Assembly (NCBI GenBank): GCA_013265495.1
Contig: MU057711.1
Coordinates: 1,240,001 to 1,304,000 of the forward strand
Reading direction: 5' to 3'
Length of the DNA: 64,000 nucleotides
From: Vicugna vicugna
Lineage: Eukaryota
Within the stretch, counting starts at the first letter, position 1, and each line of letters starts with the position of its first letter. A program made the translations under genes and the position numbers. Shown here piece by piece: positions 24,020-36,419 of the stretch. The notes under the pieces are model-generated. The model saw nothing but the letters and a program-made list of their open reading frames with translations, was not told the DNA's origin and ran no database searches.

Positions 24020-25796
24020 GGCCAAGTGGGATTTATTCCAGGTACACATAATTGATTTAATATGTGAAAAATCAATCAATGCAATTTACCATATGAACAG
24101 AATAAAAGAGGAAACCATATGATTATCTCAACAGATGCAAAAAACGTATCTAGTCAGCACTCATTTACTACAGTTTTTCCAGCAAATCAGGAATAGAGGG
24201 GAGCATCCCCAACCTCATAAACCTAGAATAACGTCATTCATAATAGTGAAAGACTGAACTCTTGGCAAGAATGTCATATCAATACTCCTGTTCAACAAGT
24301 CAATAAAATAAAGCAATGAAAAAAAAAGAAGGCATGCAGATTGTAAAAGAAGGAGTAAAACTTCTTTATTTACAGATGACATAATCATTTACATAGAAAG
24401 TCACAAGAAATCCCAAGAAAATCCTAAGAAAAAAATTATTGGAAAAAAATCAGTGACTCTTAGTAATGGTACAGGATACAAAGTCAAAAAAAAAAAGATT
24501 GTATTTCTATATACTAGCAATGAACAATGGAAAATTGAAATAAAATTAAATATCACTTACAATAATATAAAAAAAAGGAAATACTTGGGTATAGGTTTCA
24601 TAAAATATGTGCACAATCTATACATTGAAAATATTTCTGAGAGAAGCTAAAAATACCTGAATAAATAGGGATAACTACATTTATGGATCAGAGGCTTGTT
24701 ATTGTTAAGATGTAAATTTTTCCCAAAGCAATGTATAGGTTCATTGCACTACCAATCAAAATCTTAGCAGGCTTTCTTTAATTTGACAAGCTGATTCTAA
24801 AATATATATGATAATGCAAAGACTTAGCCAAAATAATTTTGAAAAATAAGAAAAACATTGGAGGACACACACTACCTGATTTCAAGACTTACTATAAAGC
24901 TACACTTATCAAGGAAGCATGGCATCACAGAAAAAATAGACATACAGATCAGTGGAACAGAAGGGAGATTCCAGAAATAAACTTGTACATACAAGGCCAA
25001 GTGATTCTTGACAAAAGTGTCAAAGTAATTTAGCAAGGAAATGCTAGTCTTTTCAACAAAAATGTAGGCCTTATGTGATAAATTATATATGATAAATGAC
25101 ACAGAAAAATTGGATAGAGTGTTGAAAAAATAAACCTCAATCATTACACATAAAACATAAAACACAAAACTAGAAATTATCATAAACTTTAACACAGAAG
25201 TGAAAGTATGATATTTCTAGAAGAAGATATAGGAGAAAAATCTTTGCCACTTTGTTAGACAATACTGTATTTGACAGGATATAAAAAGCACAAACCATAA
25301 AAATCGGATAAGTTGGACTTCATAAAAACCAAAAAGGCACTCTTTTGAAAAAGTCACTCTTAAAGGAAAGGCAAGTCATAAACTGGGAAATAATTCACAA
25401 TACATCCATCTGACAAGGGACTTGTATGTGGAATCTATAAAGCACGCTCACAATTTAATATAAAGAAAACAGATATTCCAATTTTAAAACAGACAAAAGA
25501 TTTGAAAAGTGACTTTACAAATGAAGATATTTGAATGACCAATAGGCACTTGAAAATACACTTTATATCATCAGGAAAATGCAAATTAAAACCACAATGA
25601 GATACAACTACATACCCATTAGAGTGGCCAAAATGAAAAAGAATGACTGTACCAAGGGCTGGCAAAGTTATGGGGCACCTGGCAGTCTCATGTGTTGTAG
25701 TGGGGATGCCAAATGGTTAGCAGTTTCTTAAATAGTTTAGCAGTTTCTTAAATAGTTAGTATATGGTGTATGATTCAATTTAGATAAAATTCTGAA

Positions 25797-26450
25797 CTCC
25801 CATATTCATTGCAGTATTATTCACAGGAGCCAAGACATGGAAGTAACTTAAATATCTATTGACTGATGAATGGCTAAAGAAAATGTGGTACATGCACACA
25901 ATGGAATATTATTCAGCCTGAAAAAAGAAGGAACTCTTGCCATTTGCAACAACCTGAATGAATCTGGAGGACATTGTGCCAAGGGAAATAAGCCAGACAC
26001 AGAAGGACAAGCAGTACATGATACCATTTATATGGGGAATCTAACATAGTCAAACTCACAGGAGGGGAGAGTAGAATGGTGGTTGCCAGGGGCCAGGGTG
26101 GGGCAGGGGCAGAACATGGGGAGGTATTAACTAAAGGGTACAAAGTTTCAGTTATGGAAAATGAGTAAGTCCTAGATCTTAGAGATCTACAGTACAGCAT
26201 AGAGCCTACGGTTAACAATGCTGTATTGTACACTTAAATACAATTACGAGGGTAGCTCTCATATTATGTGTTCTTATTACAAATAAAAGTAATAAATAAA
26301 GAAGGTGAGAGGAAACTTCTGGAGGTGAAGGATAATTTTCTGCCATAGATTGTGGTGATGGTTTCACAGATGCATAATTATCTTCAAACTCATCAAGTTG
26401 TATGTATTAAATATGTACATATGTTGGTATGTCAATCATACATCAAAAAA
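25797..26450 (+). mobile_element. L1MA/MB-like 3' end inserted into 3'UTR of the older L1
   Basis: 'atattcattgcagtattattcacaggagccaag...aatggaatattattcagcc'; degenerate TSD AAATTCT(G/A)AA at ~25787 and ~26452. Confidence 0.8.
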
Positions 26451-26789
26451 GAAATTCTAAAACAGACAACACTAATCCACAGTGACAGAGAACAGATTAT
26501 ATAAATTGACTAGAATTGAGAGGTTGGGAGGAGGTTGACTGCCAAGATTATGGACATTTTTGAGGTGATGGCAATGTTTTGCATCTTGACTGGGATGGCG
26601 GTCACATGGGTATATATAACCACATGGGCATATATACATATATATGTATATATTAAAAAGTATGTATATAATAAGTATGTATATGTAAAAGTACATATAT
26701 ACACTTTTGCCAGCACTCATAGAACCAATGGGAATGTTTTATTGCATGTAAGAAAACCTCAACTAAGTTGCTTAGGGAAAAAAAAGAGT

Positions 26790-27050
26790 CTCCTTAGTGT
26801 TTAATTATATGGATTTATTGATTCATTTATTTAATACATTTTCCACTCTTGGATATTTAGGCTGTTTCTGGTTTTTCATTACTAAAAAAAAAATATTAGG
26901 CACCTACTTGCACATACATCTTAGAATATATATTCAATTATTTCTTTAGGTTCAATTTCTAAAATTGGGGTTTCTATGTTAAGGAGTATGCATCATTTGA
27001 TACACACAGATAACATGATCTCTACAGATGTTGAAGCAAATTTCAACCCC
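26790..27050 (-). mobile_element. Ancient L1ME-like fragment, right half
   Basis: 'ggatatttaggctgtttctggtttttcattact...cttgcacatacatct...tttctttagg'. Confidence 0.55.
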
Positions 27051-27334
27051 ATCGGCCACCACGGAAACACAGAAAGGACTGAGTGAGGATGGGGATGGTT
27101 CAACCTAAGCCCACCCCAAACTGAAAATGATGACCATTCAGAGACTCAACTGTAGGGTCACTTTGGCCTTGCTTGTGAGAAAAATCTGCCCCTTTGCCTT
27201 TATTTAGTTCAGTAACCACGGGTGTTGTGGTTATTCTGAAAACATCACAGCATCAAAGAATGATTCACTCTGGGAGGAGAGGATTGGAGGTTGAGAGGGA
27301 TTCTCAGGAATTAAAAGCCTTGCATCCATAGGAT

Positions 27335-27755
27335 TATTTTTTAATCGTGGTAAAATATATACAACTAAAATTTTCCATTTTAACTTTTTTTAAAAAAATA
27401 AACTTTAAAAAAGGGCAGTTTTAGATTCACAGAAAAATTGAGCAGAAAGTACAGAGAGTTTCTATAGACCCCTCACCCTGACACCGTAGATCCTCTCCCA
27501 CTTTCAACACCCCCGCCAGAGCGGTGCGTTTGTTATGGCTGATTAGCCTGCACTGGCGCACCATTGTCACCAGAGTTCAGTTTATATTAAGGGTCACTCA
27601 CTGTGTTATACATACAGTGGGATTTAGACAAATGTATCATGACCTGCCTCCACCATCGTAATATCATTCAAAATAGTTCCACCACCTTAAAAACCCTTTG
27701 TGCTCCATCAGTTCACTTCTCTCCCCTCACTCCCTCACTCCTGCCAACCACTGAT
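27335..27755 (-). mobile_element. L1MC-like 3' end (plus a short L1 3' tip)
   Basis: 'gcagttttagattcacagaaaaattgagcagaaagtacagagagtt...gacaaatgtatcatgac'. Confidence 0.75.
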
Positions 27756-28869
27756 TATAGGATTATTGTTAAACATAGGAAAATAATCAAACGTTACGAA
27801 TTACTATAATAAACATAAACAAACAGAAAGCCAATGTGACAAGAGGCCCAGGAGGACCAGCAGATATAACTGTTGCACAGAGGGTGGTTGCTGCCGGCTT
27901 GGGCTCTGGACTGGGCAGTGCAGGCTGCTTCCTCTAATGTCTTTTGTCATGTTCTTAACAATTGGTCATGCCAACCCAGTTCACTAAATCTGTTAAAAAT
28001 GCACCACTAATAGATAATGCTTTTGGAGAGCAGCCTCTCTCCTGAGCCCCTCTCCTTCCCTTCCCCACTCCATGCCACTGTCCAGAGGCAGGACCACGGG
28101 GCCACGGCCAGGACTGTGTGTCGTGAGCTGCTCTGAGGATGTGGTAATCCCACTCCCTCTTCAGCCATCAGTTGTTCTTTGAGCATCTCTCTTGTGTCCA
28201 GGACAGAGCTGGAGGCTGTGGGCACCAGGAGTGGATACTAAGGTGTCTGCCCACTTCCTAGAGGGAGCTTGGTCTAGTTGCAGAGTTAAGATTTGCCTGA
28301 AATGATTAGTAAGTGGTTTAAGGCAAGCTCAGAATTCGCTGTTAGATTGGATGGCTTTTAGGCAGCTGGGAGCTGTGGGAGTTCAGAGACCTGGCAATGG
28401 AACTGATTTAGCTTTCAGAGTTCCACAGAAAGCAGCAGCAGCCAGCCCTCCTGATAGAAGATTCCCAAATCAACTGTCATCCTGCCAAATCTGCTGGGAG
28501 AAAACACACTGGGGTAAACCCAGGAGAGACTGTGATAGCAGCTTCCTCACTAGGAGCTGGGCCATCCTCCACACACCCACGCACGTGCATGTGCGTGCAC
28601 GCACATGCGCCTCTTTAATACCTGTGATCCTCGTAGAAGTGAAAAGTTCACAGCTGAACATTACCACCACCCTGACCTTTAAATGTCTGCAGGTAAATAG
28701 CATCGAGCTGGGCATGGGAGTGGGAACCTTCAGCTGGAATTTCTAAGTTTTGAGGACTGGCCCTGCAGGCTGCGCTATGGACCTGATTTCAGCATGTTCA
28801 GAAAAATTTTCTCTGAATCAACCAACCAGCCGGTTAGCCAATCAGCATTTTAAAAATTTTATATATTTT

Positions 28870-29060
28870 AATTTTAAGTTTTCCAGTTTTAATGAGACAT
28901 AATTGACATACATCACTGTATATGAGTTTAAGGGGCGTAGCACATGAGTTTGACTTACCAGGCAGCTCTGGACCAGAATCCCAACTCTGCCATTTATTTG
29001 TGAGCTGTGGAAACCACACCAAAAATCTCCAGCTCTCCATCTAGAAATACATAATAATAA
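28870..29060. mobile_element. Short L1 3' tip (minus) next to a MIR fragment (plus)
   Basis: 'gagacataattgacatacatcactgta...tttaagg' L1 tip; 'aatcccaactctgccatttatttgtgagctgtg' MIR. Confidence 0.5.
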
Positions 29061-29139
29061 TGCATAATAATAATAAAACCTTTCTTTTGGGCTGATGTAA
29101 GGAAGAAAGTGTTGGTGGAAATTACTTCCAAGTCCAGCA

Positions 29140-29430
29140 CTCCATGGGCTGGAGCAGTCAGAGAAGGCTTCATGGAGGAGGAGTGGCCTGAGCTGGGTCT
29201 AAAGGATAGCCAGGGTTTGGCTAACCAGACCAAAGAGGGGAGGGTGAGGGCACAACCAGTGTTCTGTGCAGGGTACCCTTCCAAACAGTGACCTTGGGTC
29301 TTTCCAGCCTCAACTCTGGCCCCAACGGTCTCTCGGCCCCCAGGTTTTAAGCTCCTTGAGGTCAGGGTTCATGTCTTGTTTGTGTTGGTCTCTTCAGGGT
29401 CTAGCATGGACCTGAGCACCAATTGATGCT
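29140..29430. mobile_element. L2 fragments
   Basis: 'agtcagagaaggcttcatggaggag...tgagctgggtc' and 'taagctccttgaggtcaggg...tgtcttgttt'. Confidence 0.55.
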
Positions 29431-30159
29431 GAGCTAAAAAGCAGCAGGGCCCTGCTCCCCATCACCTTCCCCAAGTCCTTATAGAAAACATATGACAATG
29501 GGGACAAGTCTTCAACCATGGAGAGCCTGGTGGGAAGGTGGTGGAGACCCGGCTGGAGGCTGCAGAATCTGGCAACTTGTTGGGAGACAAGCCCTGGGAT
29601 TTTGGAAAAGCATCCCAATTCTGCACTGCTCCCTAGTATAGAAGGGCTGCTGAGGAAGAGCTGCCCTCCCTCCTCTGTCCTGGAAGCTGACAGGGGATGC
29701 TCACTATGCAACTACACTGGACCCAGGCTTTCCTGTCTCTGTAGGGACCACTGCAGACATGCAAGGTCTCCCCCAGACTGGACTCCTCCTTTCTGTTTGG
29801 ATATAGCACCTCCCACAGCTCCAACTGCAGCTCCCAAAGGCAGCCTGTCAAGGATCAACCAGGCCAATATGCAGTCTCTACAAGCCCTTCCTCCTGCTGG
29901 GTACCTTTCTTGCCTGGGGATTCTGAGATGAAGTTGATGCTCCCCAAAGGTTGGGCTGAGCAATTACTCCACATCCCTAGAGTCTGAGCCCTCCTTCCAC
30001 CTCTGAAGGCACTCCTCTTACTTCAGCCACACTTGGAGTTACTTCTAACCTCAGGTTACACCAGGAAGAGTCCCTGCTGGATCGGACAGCTCAACCACTG
30101 ACCTGTTTTCGGCTCCAAGACTCAATCTTTCCTTTGTCTCTGTTCCTCTGACGCTCAGC

Positions 30160-30415
30160 CTAGCAGCTCATTCATTTCAGTTCAACTTCACACTTGCCGG
30201 AGACCTATGATGTGCTAGGGTTTCTCTCTGCTGGGGGCAGGAGATGTGGAAACAAATCAGATGCAGTCTCTGCCCACAAGTCTGGTGTATGGAGTGCAGG
30301 AGGGGACTTCAGTTTGCTCTGTCTGCTCACTCCCGTTGGAGGCATTGTCCTCAGGACAGTGCCTGGCATCTGGGATGATCTCAGTAAGTGTTTTTTGAAT
30401 GAACGAATGAATAAA
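30160..30415. mobile_element. Two oppositely oriented L2 3' fragments
   Basis: Left 'ctcattcatt...tgtgctagg' (minus); right 'acagtgcctggca...ttgaatgaacgaatgaat' (plus). Confidence 0.55.
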
Positions 30416-30545
30416 AGTATGGCTACTGAAGAGCTAGGGCTTGAAGATCTACAATTTGAACTCTGAAGACCTAGTTACTTACTAGCTGTTTGGTCTTGAG
30501 TTTGTCTTGATCTTGCTGTACTGCAGTCTTCTTCTCTGATGTAAC

Positions 30546-30770
30546 TGGGGATAGATTAGGAGTTTGGGATTAATAGATATATATTACTATATATAAAATA
30601 GATAACAAAGATCTACTGCATAGCACAGGGAACTATATTCAATTTCTTGTAATATAATGGAAAATCATCTTAAATACATATGTGTATGTGTAACTGAATT
30701 GCTTTGCTGGACACATGAAACTAACATTATAAATCAACTACACTTCAATTAAAAATAAGAGTTAAAAAGT
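30546..30770 (+). mobile_element. Short L1 3'UTR insertion inside a MIR (MIR ~30420-30545 and ~30770-30840)
   Basis: 'taggagtttgggatt...tagcacagggaactatattcaa...aaatcaactacacttcaattaaaaa'. Confidence 0.8.
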
Positions 30771-31689
30771 ATTTATCTATTTACTAGATTGCTGTAAAGC
30801 TCAAGTGAGGTAAGAAGAAATAACTGATGTAAAATGCTTGATGTCAGTGTGGTGAACGGGACCCAGATGAGACAACCTTTCTGACTGGGAGAGTCAAGGA
30901 AGGCTTTCAGAGAAGTTGGCATTTGAGCTAGGTGTCGAAAAGGAAGACTTTGAGGAGCAGAGATTATTTTTAGGCAGAGAACAGGGTGAGGAAAGGGACA
31001 GGTATGTTTGGGAACAGAGAACAGAAATTTTATAAAGATCTTGGAAATTATTATTTATTATGATGTCAGGAGGTGGTTTTGATGGCACGTTTTCAGGGCC
31101 TTGTGATCTCCCGGAAACTACCTCTCAGCTGTGTTCCGAGCTCCAGAGCTTTACAAAGGCCACTGGCTGCTAATTGCAGCTGTGTCTGCTGTGATGGGCT
31201 ATGCAAACGAGGAAGCGGGTGCCTTGGCACTTGCTGGTTGCCGTGGTGTTGCTTTCATAGGGTCTGACAAGTCCCCTCTTACCTACTCAACCTCCCGTCT
31301 GTCTAGATTAATTGGTCGGTAGCTGTGAGCTGGACAAGTCTATTTTTACTGCATGTGCCAACAAGACTTATACCATATTAGCATCTGAAAATATTATTAA
31401 AACAGCAACCAGCACCATGAAAGAATATAAGGTTGTGTGTGTGTATCCGATTCCCCTTTGAGGCTGTCTTCTCATTCCATTTCCCCTGGCGAACAAGGTT
31501 TTGTCTCCCATAACTATGTTCTTTAGAGACAGGTAAACAGCTGGAGGCACTTTTATCACACAGCCCACTCCTCCTCTCCTTGGGGTTCCTGCAAGAGGGA
31601 GCCACGCATACCAGGAACGATCCCAGACGTGAAGGTGGGCTTCGTTTCATTAATGACTGAACTAATGTCTAAGCAGAGCTTTCTGAGAC

Positions 31690-32138
31690 TTGTGTGTAAC
31701 TGCTGAGAACTGCTAAGAATAACAGAGGCCAGAAATATAGTTCTTAAATAAGGCAGGATTTCCTTCCTTACGTAAAGGTAGTCTGAACGTGGGCAGTCTA
31801 AGGCTGCTGTGCTGACCACCCCATCCTCAGGTCCCTGGGTTCCTGTTTCTTTCTGCATCACCATCCTGTGTTGCATGGCTTCCATCATCAAGGTGGTCCT
31901 TGGTCCTGAAGGGCCTCTGGAGCTCCTGCTCTCACAGCCACATTCCAGTCAGGAAGCAGGAGGGAGAGACAGCCAAAGGACACATGTTGGCTTTAGTCAT
32001 CTGCTCAAGAGCATGCCTCTATATCATGCCTTACCTGTCCGCATACAGCCCACCAGTCATACCACTCCATAAGGAAGGCTAGGGAGTGAGGCCACTTGGC
32101 TGGGCACATGAACTTCAGAATAAACTAGAGTCTGTTAT
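31690..32138 (-). mobile_element. Old MaLR/ERVL LTR relic
   Basis: 'gggcagtctaaggctg...cacattccag...aaggaaggctagggagtgag...gctgggcacat' MLT1-like motifs. Confidence 0.45.
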
Positions 32139-32139
32139 C

Positions 32140-32890
32140 CGGATGGCCAATTGACACATGAAAAGATGCTCAACATCACTAATTATCAGAAACATGCAAA
32201 TCAAAACTACAATAAGGCATCACCTCACACTGCTCAGGATGGCCATCATCAAAAAGTCTAGAAATAATAAATGCTAGAGAGGGTGTGGAGAAAAAGGAAC
32301 CCTCCTACACTGTTGGTGGGAATATAAATTGATGCAGCCTCTATGGAGGACAGTATGGAGGTTATTTAAAAACTAAAAATAGACTTACCTTATGATGCAG
32401 CAATCCCACTCCTGGGCATATATCCAGAGAAAACTCTAATTTGAAAAGATACATGCACCTCAATGTTCATAGCAGTACTATTTACAATAGCCAAGACAGG
32501 GAAGCAACCTAAATGTCCATCGACAGATGATTGGATAAAGAAGCTGTGGTGTATATACACAATGGAATACTACTCAGCCATAAAAAGNNNNNNNNNNNNN
32601 NNNNNNNNNNNNNNNNNNNNNNNNNNNNNNNNNNNNNNNNNNNNNNNNNNNNNNNNNNNNNNNNNNNNNNNNNNNNNNNNNNNNNNNNNNNNNNNNNNTA
32701 CAAATGAATTACAAAACAGAAACATATTCACAGACATACAAAACAACCTATGGTTACCAAAGCTGAAAGGGGTTGGGGGAAGGACTTATTAGGAGTTTGG
32801 GATTAGCATATACTAACTACTATATATAAAATAAACAACAAGATCCTACTGTATGCCACAGGGAATTATATTCAAAATCTTGTAATAAAG
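32140..32890 (+). mobile_element. LINE-1 ORF2 C-terminus and 3'UTR spanning an assembly gap
   Basis: ORF 32463(+) [41 protein letters not shown] = L1 ORF2p C-terminus. Confidence 0.9.
32588..32698. other. Assembly gap (111 N)
   Basis: Run of N inside an L1. Confidence 0.99.
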
Positions 32891-32904
32891 CTTTCAAAAG
32901 TGGC

Positions 32905-33332
32905 AGGGAAATTAGCCAGTCACAGAAGGATGAATATTGCATGGTTCCACTTACATGAGGACCTACATAGTCACTCACAGAAGCAGAGAATACAATAGTG
33001 GTTGGCAGGGGCTGGGGGAGGCTGAAACAGGAGTTACTCAATGGGTATAAGTTTTCTGTTAAGCAAGATGATAAGTTCCAGAAGCCTGCTGTACAATACG
33101 GTGTCCGTAGTTAATAGTATGGTATGGTGTGCTTCTTTGTTAAGAGGGTAGATTTCTTCTTTTCACAAAAACCCAAAGGGACACGAGGAAACTTGGGAGA
33201 TGCTGGTTATGTCTATTACCCTGATCATGGGGATGATGACATGGGTGTTTGCATACATTCAAACTCAACAAATTGTGCACATTATATGTGCAGTTCTTAG
33301 TATATCAATTATACCTCTATAACGCTGTTTTA
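32905..33332 (+). mobile_element. L1MA/MB-like 3' end with TSD AAAAGTGGC
   Basis: 'agccagtcacagaagga...ttccacttacatgagg'; direct repeat AAAAGTGGC at 32896-32904 and 33333-33341. Confidence 0.8.
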
Positions 33333-33589
33333 AAAAGTGGCTCCCAAAGAGGCATTCTCCCACCCTCATGTTTGAGAGAATTCTGAGTCTGAGGGACTCT
33401 GAGTGTTCACTGCCACTGTTCCTGCCTGCTTCTCACACTTTTCCATGTGAACCATTCCAAGAAGGGAATTTCCCATCTTTTCTTCCTACGGGGAGAGGCT
33501 TCCCCTACTCCCTCGAGTATCAGGAGTTCACAGGAAGAGTCTTTAGCGGCTAAGCTGATGTCAACTATAAGTTAAGTTTGAGGGACAGG

Positions 33590-34025
33590 CCCACCCTGTT
33601 CCTTGGCCTTGAACAGACCAAGTCCTGTCCTTCTTCCAAGGCTGTAGATGTGCAGCTCCCTCCTTGAATGCTCTCCACCCTGTGCCTCCCACCCTGTGCT
33701 GTCCAGCTGTTACTCACCCTCAGGCCCCAGCTTAAGCATCTTTTGCTCAAACAAACCTTTTCTAACCTCCCCTTCCCCAAACGAAATGTCTTCAGCTATG
33801 CCTTTTCATAACACCCCACTTTGTTTCCTTCATAGCACATACCCCAGTCTGTGAATCTAATTTCATCTCTGGGTTTATTTGCTGAAAACTTCTCCCCTCT
33901 GTTGAACCACAAGGTTGTGGAGGGCAGGATGCTGGCTATTTTGGCCACCACAGAAAGCCCTTCATCCAGCATAGCATTGGGAACAGAGCCGAGCTCACCA
34001 GATATCTGTTGAATAAATGACAGAT
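33590..34025 (+). mobile_element. L2 LINE 3' region
   Basis: 'tcaggccccagcttaagcatc...ttcatagcac...gagggcaggatgc...tgttgaataaatga'. Confidence 0.65.
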
Positions 34026-35079
34026 GACCAAAATGGGCAGAAGGTGAGTCATTTAAAAGGCTTCATTTCTACTACAAGTTTCTGGAGTTTAGACTTAAAT
34101 ATAAAGGTTATGGAAGAAAACTGCAGAAGTTTCTGAAAATTGATCAAACTCGCTGGAAATCAAAATCCGATTTGGGTGTCTAAGTGGTACATTGACTCGT
34201 AGTTGTCAAAGGCTATCAGGGATGCAGCAGCTAATGCTGGGAGAGTGTAAGTGACAGCTCAGTGAGAAACAGGCCGGCTGGGGCCGCCTCCAAGTACAGA
34301 TCATCTTGGGGAAAAGAAAGTTGTGCTGTTGAGTTGCCTTCATTGATAGAAAAATCCAATCCACCTACAGCAAGATCTGAAAAGCAGGGCATACATTTTT
34401 TTTGTTGTTGTTGGGTGACCGGACAGTTCTGGACGTTTGTAGGGTTATGGCTGAACTGGACCACTGGGGAGCTGTCTGAGCCCTCCCACATAATACAAAG
34501 CTGTCTGGTGCAGCCATTAGCTCCATTATGATCCTCATTTATGATTTTATTTACTTAATAATTCAGTCTTTCGTGTCATGAATTTTTGAGAGAGACATTC
34601 AATTAGGAATTATGACTGCAGTTTAGAGAAATATATTGCCTTACTTTGGAGGTGGGTGCCAACTTTCTTTTATGGGTGCTCCTGGATGCATTCCAGAACA
34701 TTTGGAGGAAACAAATTTTAGCACTTCTCCTCTCTTTCTCCCTCAAAGCCTGGGAGTTGTGCCAGTTAGAAAAACCTTCCTATGTCCCCTCAGTCCTAGG
34801 TATGGTGTGATGTTGGCAGCCAGCAGGGAGGGCAGGTGATACATCCCTAACAGCTCACCTGGACAGAGCTTTCCTAAAAGTCACCATCTCCACCTGCTTC
34901 CTCAGCCCACACACAGGCATGAGGTCCTGCCTTTTTAATGAGGTCTTTCTTGCAGATGCTCTCATTCCAGGGTTCATTTATGATGCTTTCCATCTCAAGA
35001 CCCAGAGAATTCACCCTGAGCTTGCCCACAGGAATATTCACAACTCCACCAAGAACCCCAAACTCCCATCTGAACTGTG

Positions 35080-35510
35080 TTCTGTTAGTGTTCCTTGATT
35101 ACAAACAATGGGAATGCACTCTGCCTAACAGACAGAAAAGGAATTTATGAGTGGTTCACATTATCATTGGAAGGCTGAAGATCCAGGCTAAGGACCTGAG
35201 GAAGGAAGGGACTAAAGTGTCAGGAAAACTGGACTGCCTCTCTAGTCAAGGGAAATGAGCGCTCACCGTCGTCAGCCTCTGTACATTCAGCTGAGGATGG
35301 AAGCTTGAAGCGGGAAGATCTGATTGGCTGAGCTTGGTAGGCAGAGACAGGGCACTTTGACTGACAGTTCCATCAAACTGTCCAATGCGCAAGGTGATTC
35401 CCCCAAGCAAAACAGGATGTCATTGTCTAGAGGAGGGGAACACATTTCAGGCAGACAGACAGGCAGGCAGGCAAAGAGCAACACAAATCCACTAAAACTG
35501 GGAGGGATCT
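35080..35510 (-). mobile_element. MLT1-type MaLR LTR relic
   Basis: 'tgttagtgttccttgattacaaacaatggg...atctgattggctgagcttgg'. Confidence 0.45.
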
Positions 35511-35625
35511 GGACACCACATCACCCAAAGGATGAATAAAGGTGTTGAGGCTCTTAGGCCTGACAACAAGAAGACCTACTATTGGGATCCAGCTTTAAGT
35601 TCTTGAAAGAGCTGTTATTTGCATT

Positions 35626-36411
35626 TCTTCTCATTCTTTTTTTTTAAAAAATTGATTTGTAGTCAATTTACAATGTTGTGTAAATTTCTGGTGTACAGCA
35701 CAATTCTTCAGTCATACATGAAGACACATATATTCATTTTCATATTCTTTTTCACTGTGAGCTACTACAAGATATTGAATATATTTCCCTGTGCTATACA
35801 GTATAAACTTGTTTATCTATTTTATATATACCTGTCAGTATCTGCAAATCTTGAACTCCGAGTTTATCCCTTCCCACCCTCCTTCCCGCTGTCAACCACA
35901 AGTCTGTATTTTAGGTCTGTGAGTATGTTTCTGTTTTATATATGAATACATTTGTCTTCTTTTTTTCCCCTATATTCCACATATGAGTGATATCATATGG
36001 TATTTTTCTTTCTTTTTCTGGCTTACTTCACTTAGATTTACATTCTCCAGGGCCATCCATGTTGCTGCAAATGGCATTATGTTGTCATTTTTTATGGTTG
36101 AGTAGTATTCCATTGTATAAATACACCACAACTTCTTTATCCAGTCATCTGATGATGGACATTTAGGTTGTTTCCATGTCTTGGCTATTGTAAATAGCGC
36201 TGCTATGAACATTGGGGTGCAGGTGTCTTTTTGAATTAGAGTTCCTTCTGGATACATGCCCAGGAGTGGGATTGCTGGATGCAAAAATCCTCAACAAAAT
36301 ATTATCAAACAGTATCCAACAGTACATAAAAAAGATTATACACCATGTTCAAGTTGGGTTCATTCCAGGAACACAAGGATGGTTCAACATATGCAAATCT
36401 TCTCATTTTTT
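35626..36411 (-). mobile_element. Young 5'-inverted LINE-1 with TSD
   Basis: Minus: ORF 35970-36284 ORF2p C-terminus ([10 protein letters not shown]...KYHMISLICGI). Plus: 36278-36399 [41 protein letters not shown] (RT N-terminal part). TSD TCTTCTCATT(C/T)TTT at 35626 and 36398. Confidence 0.93.
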
Positions 36412-36419
36412 ACAATGAT

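Larger units (their letters stand above)
23345..26785 (+). mobile_element. Sense segment of old LINE-1 (L1M-type; ORF2 RT to 3'UTR), decayed
   Basis: ORF2-like peptides TLPNSVNEASITL (ORF 23337+) and GGHTLPDFKTYYKATLIKEAW...RHTDQWNR (ORF 24839+); 'gcaaattaaaaccacaatgagatac'; A-rich end ~26778-26785. Confidence 0.85.

Noticed and set aside
25716..25758. Tandem ~20-bp duplication TTAGCAGTTTCTTAAATAGT (and CATTACAAGATAA x2 at 23430-23455)
   Set aside because: Only two adjacent units with no spacers, inside decayed L1; ordinary slippage duplications, not CRISPR-like.
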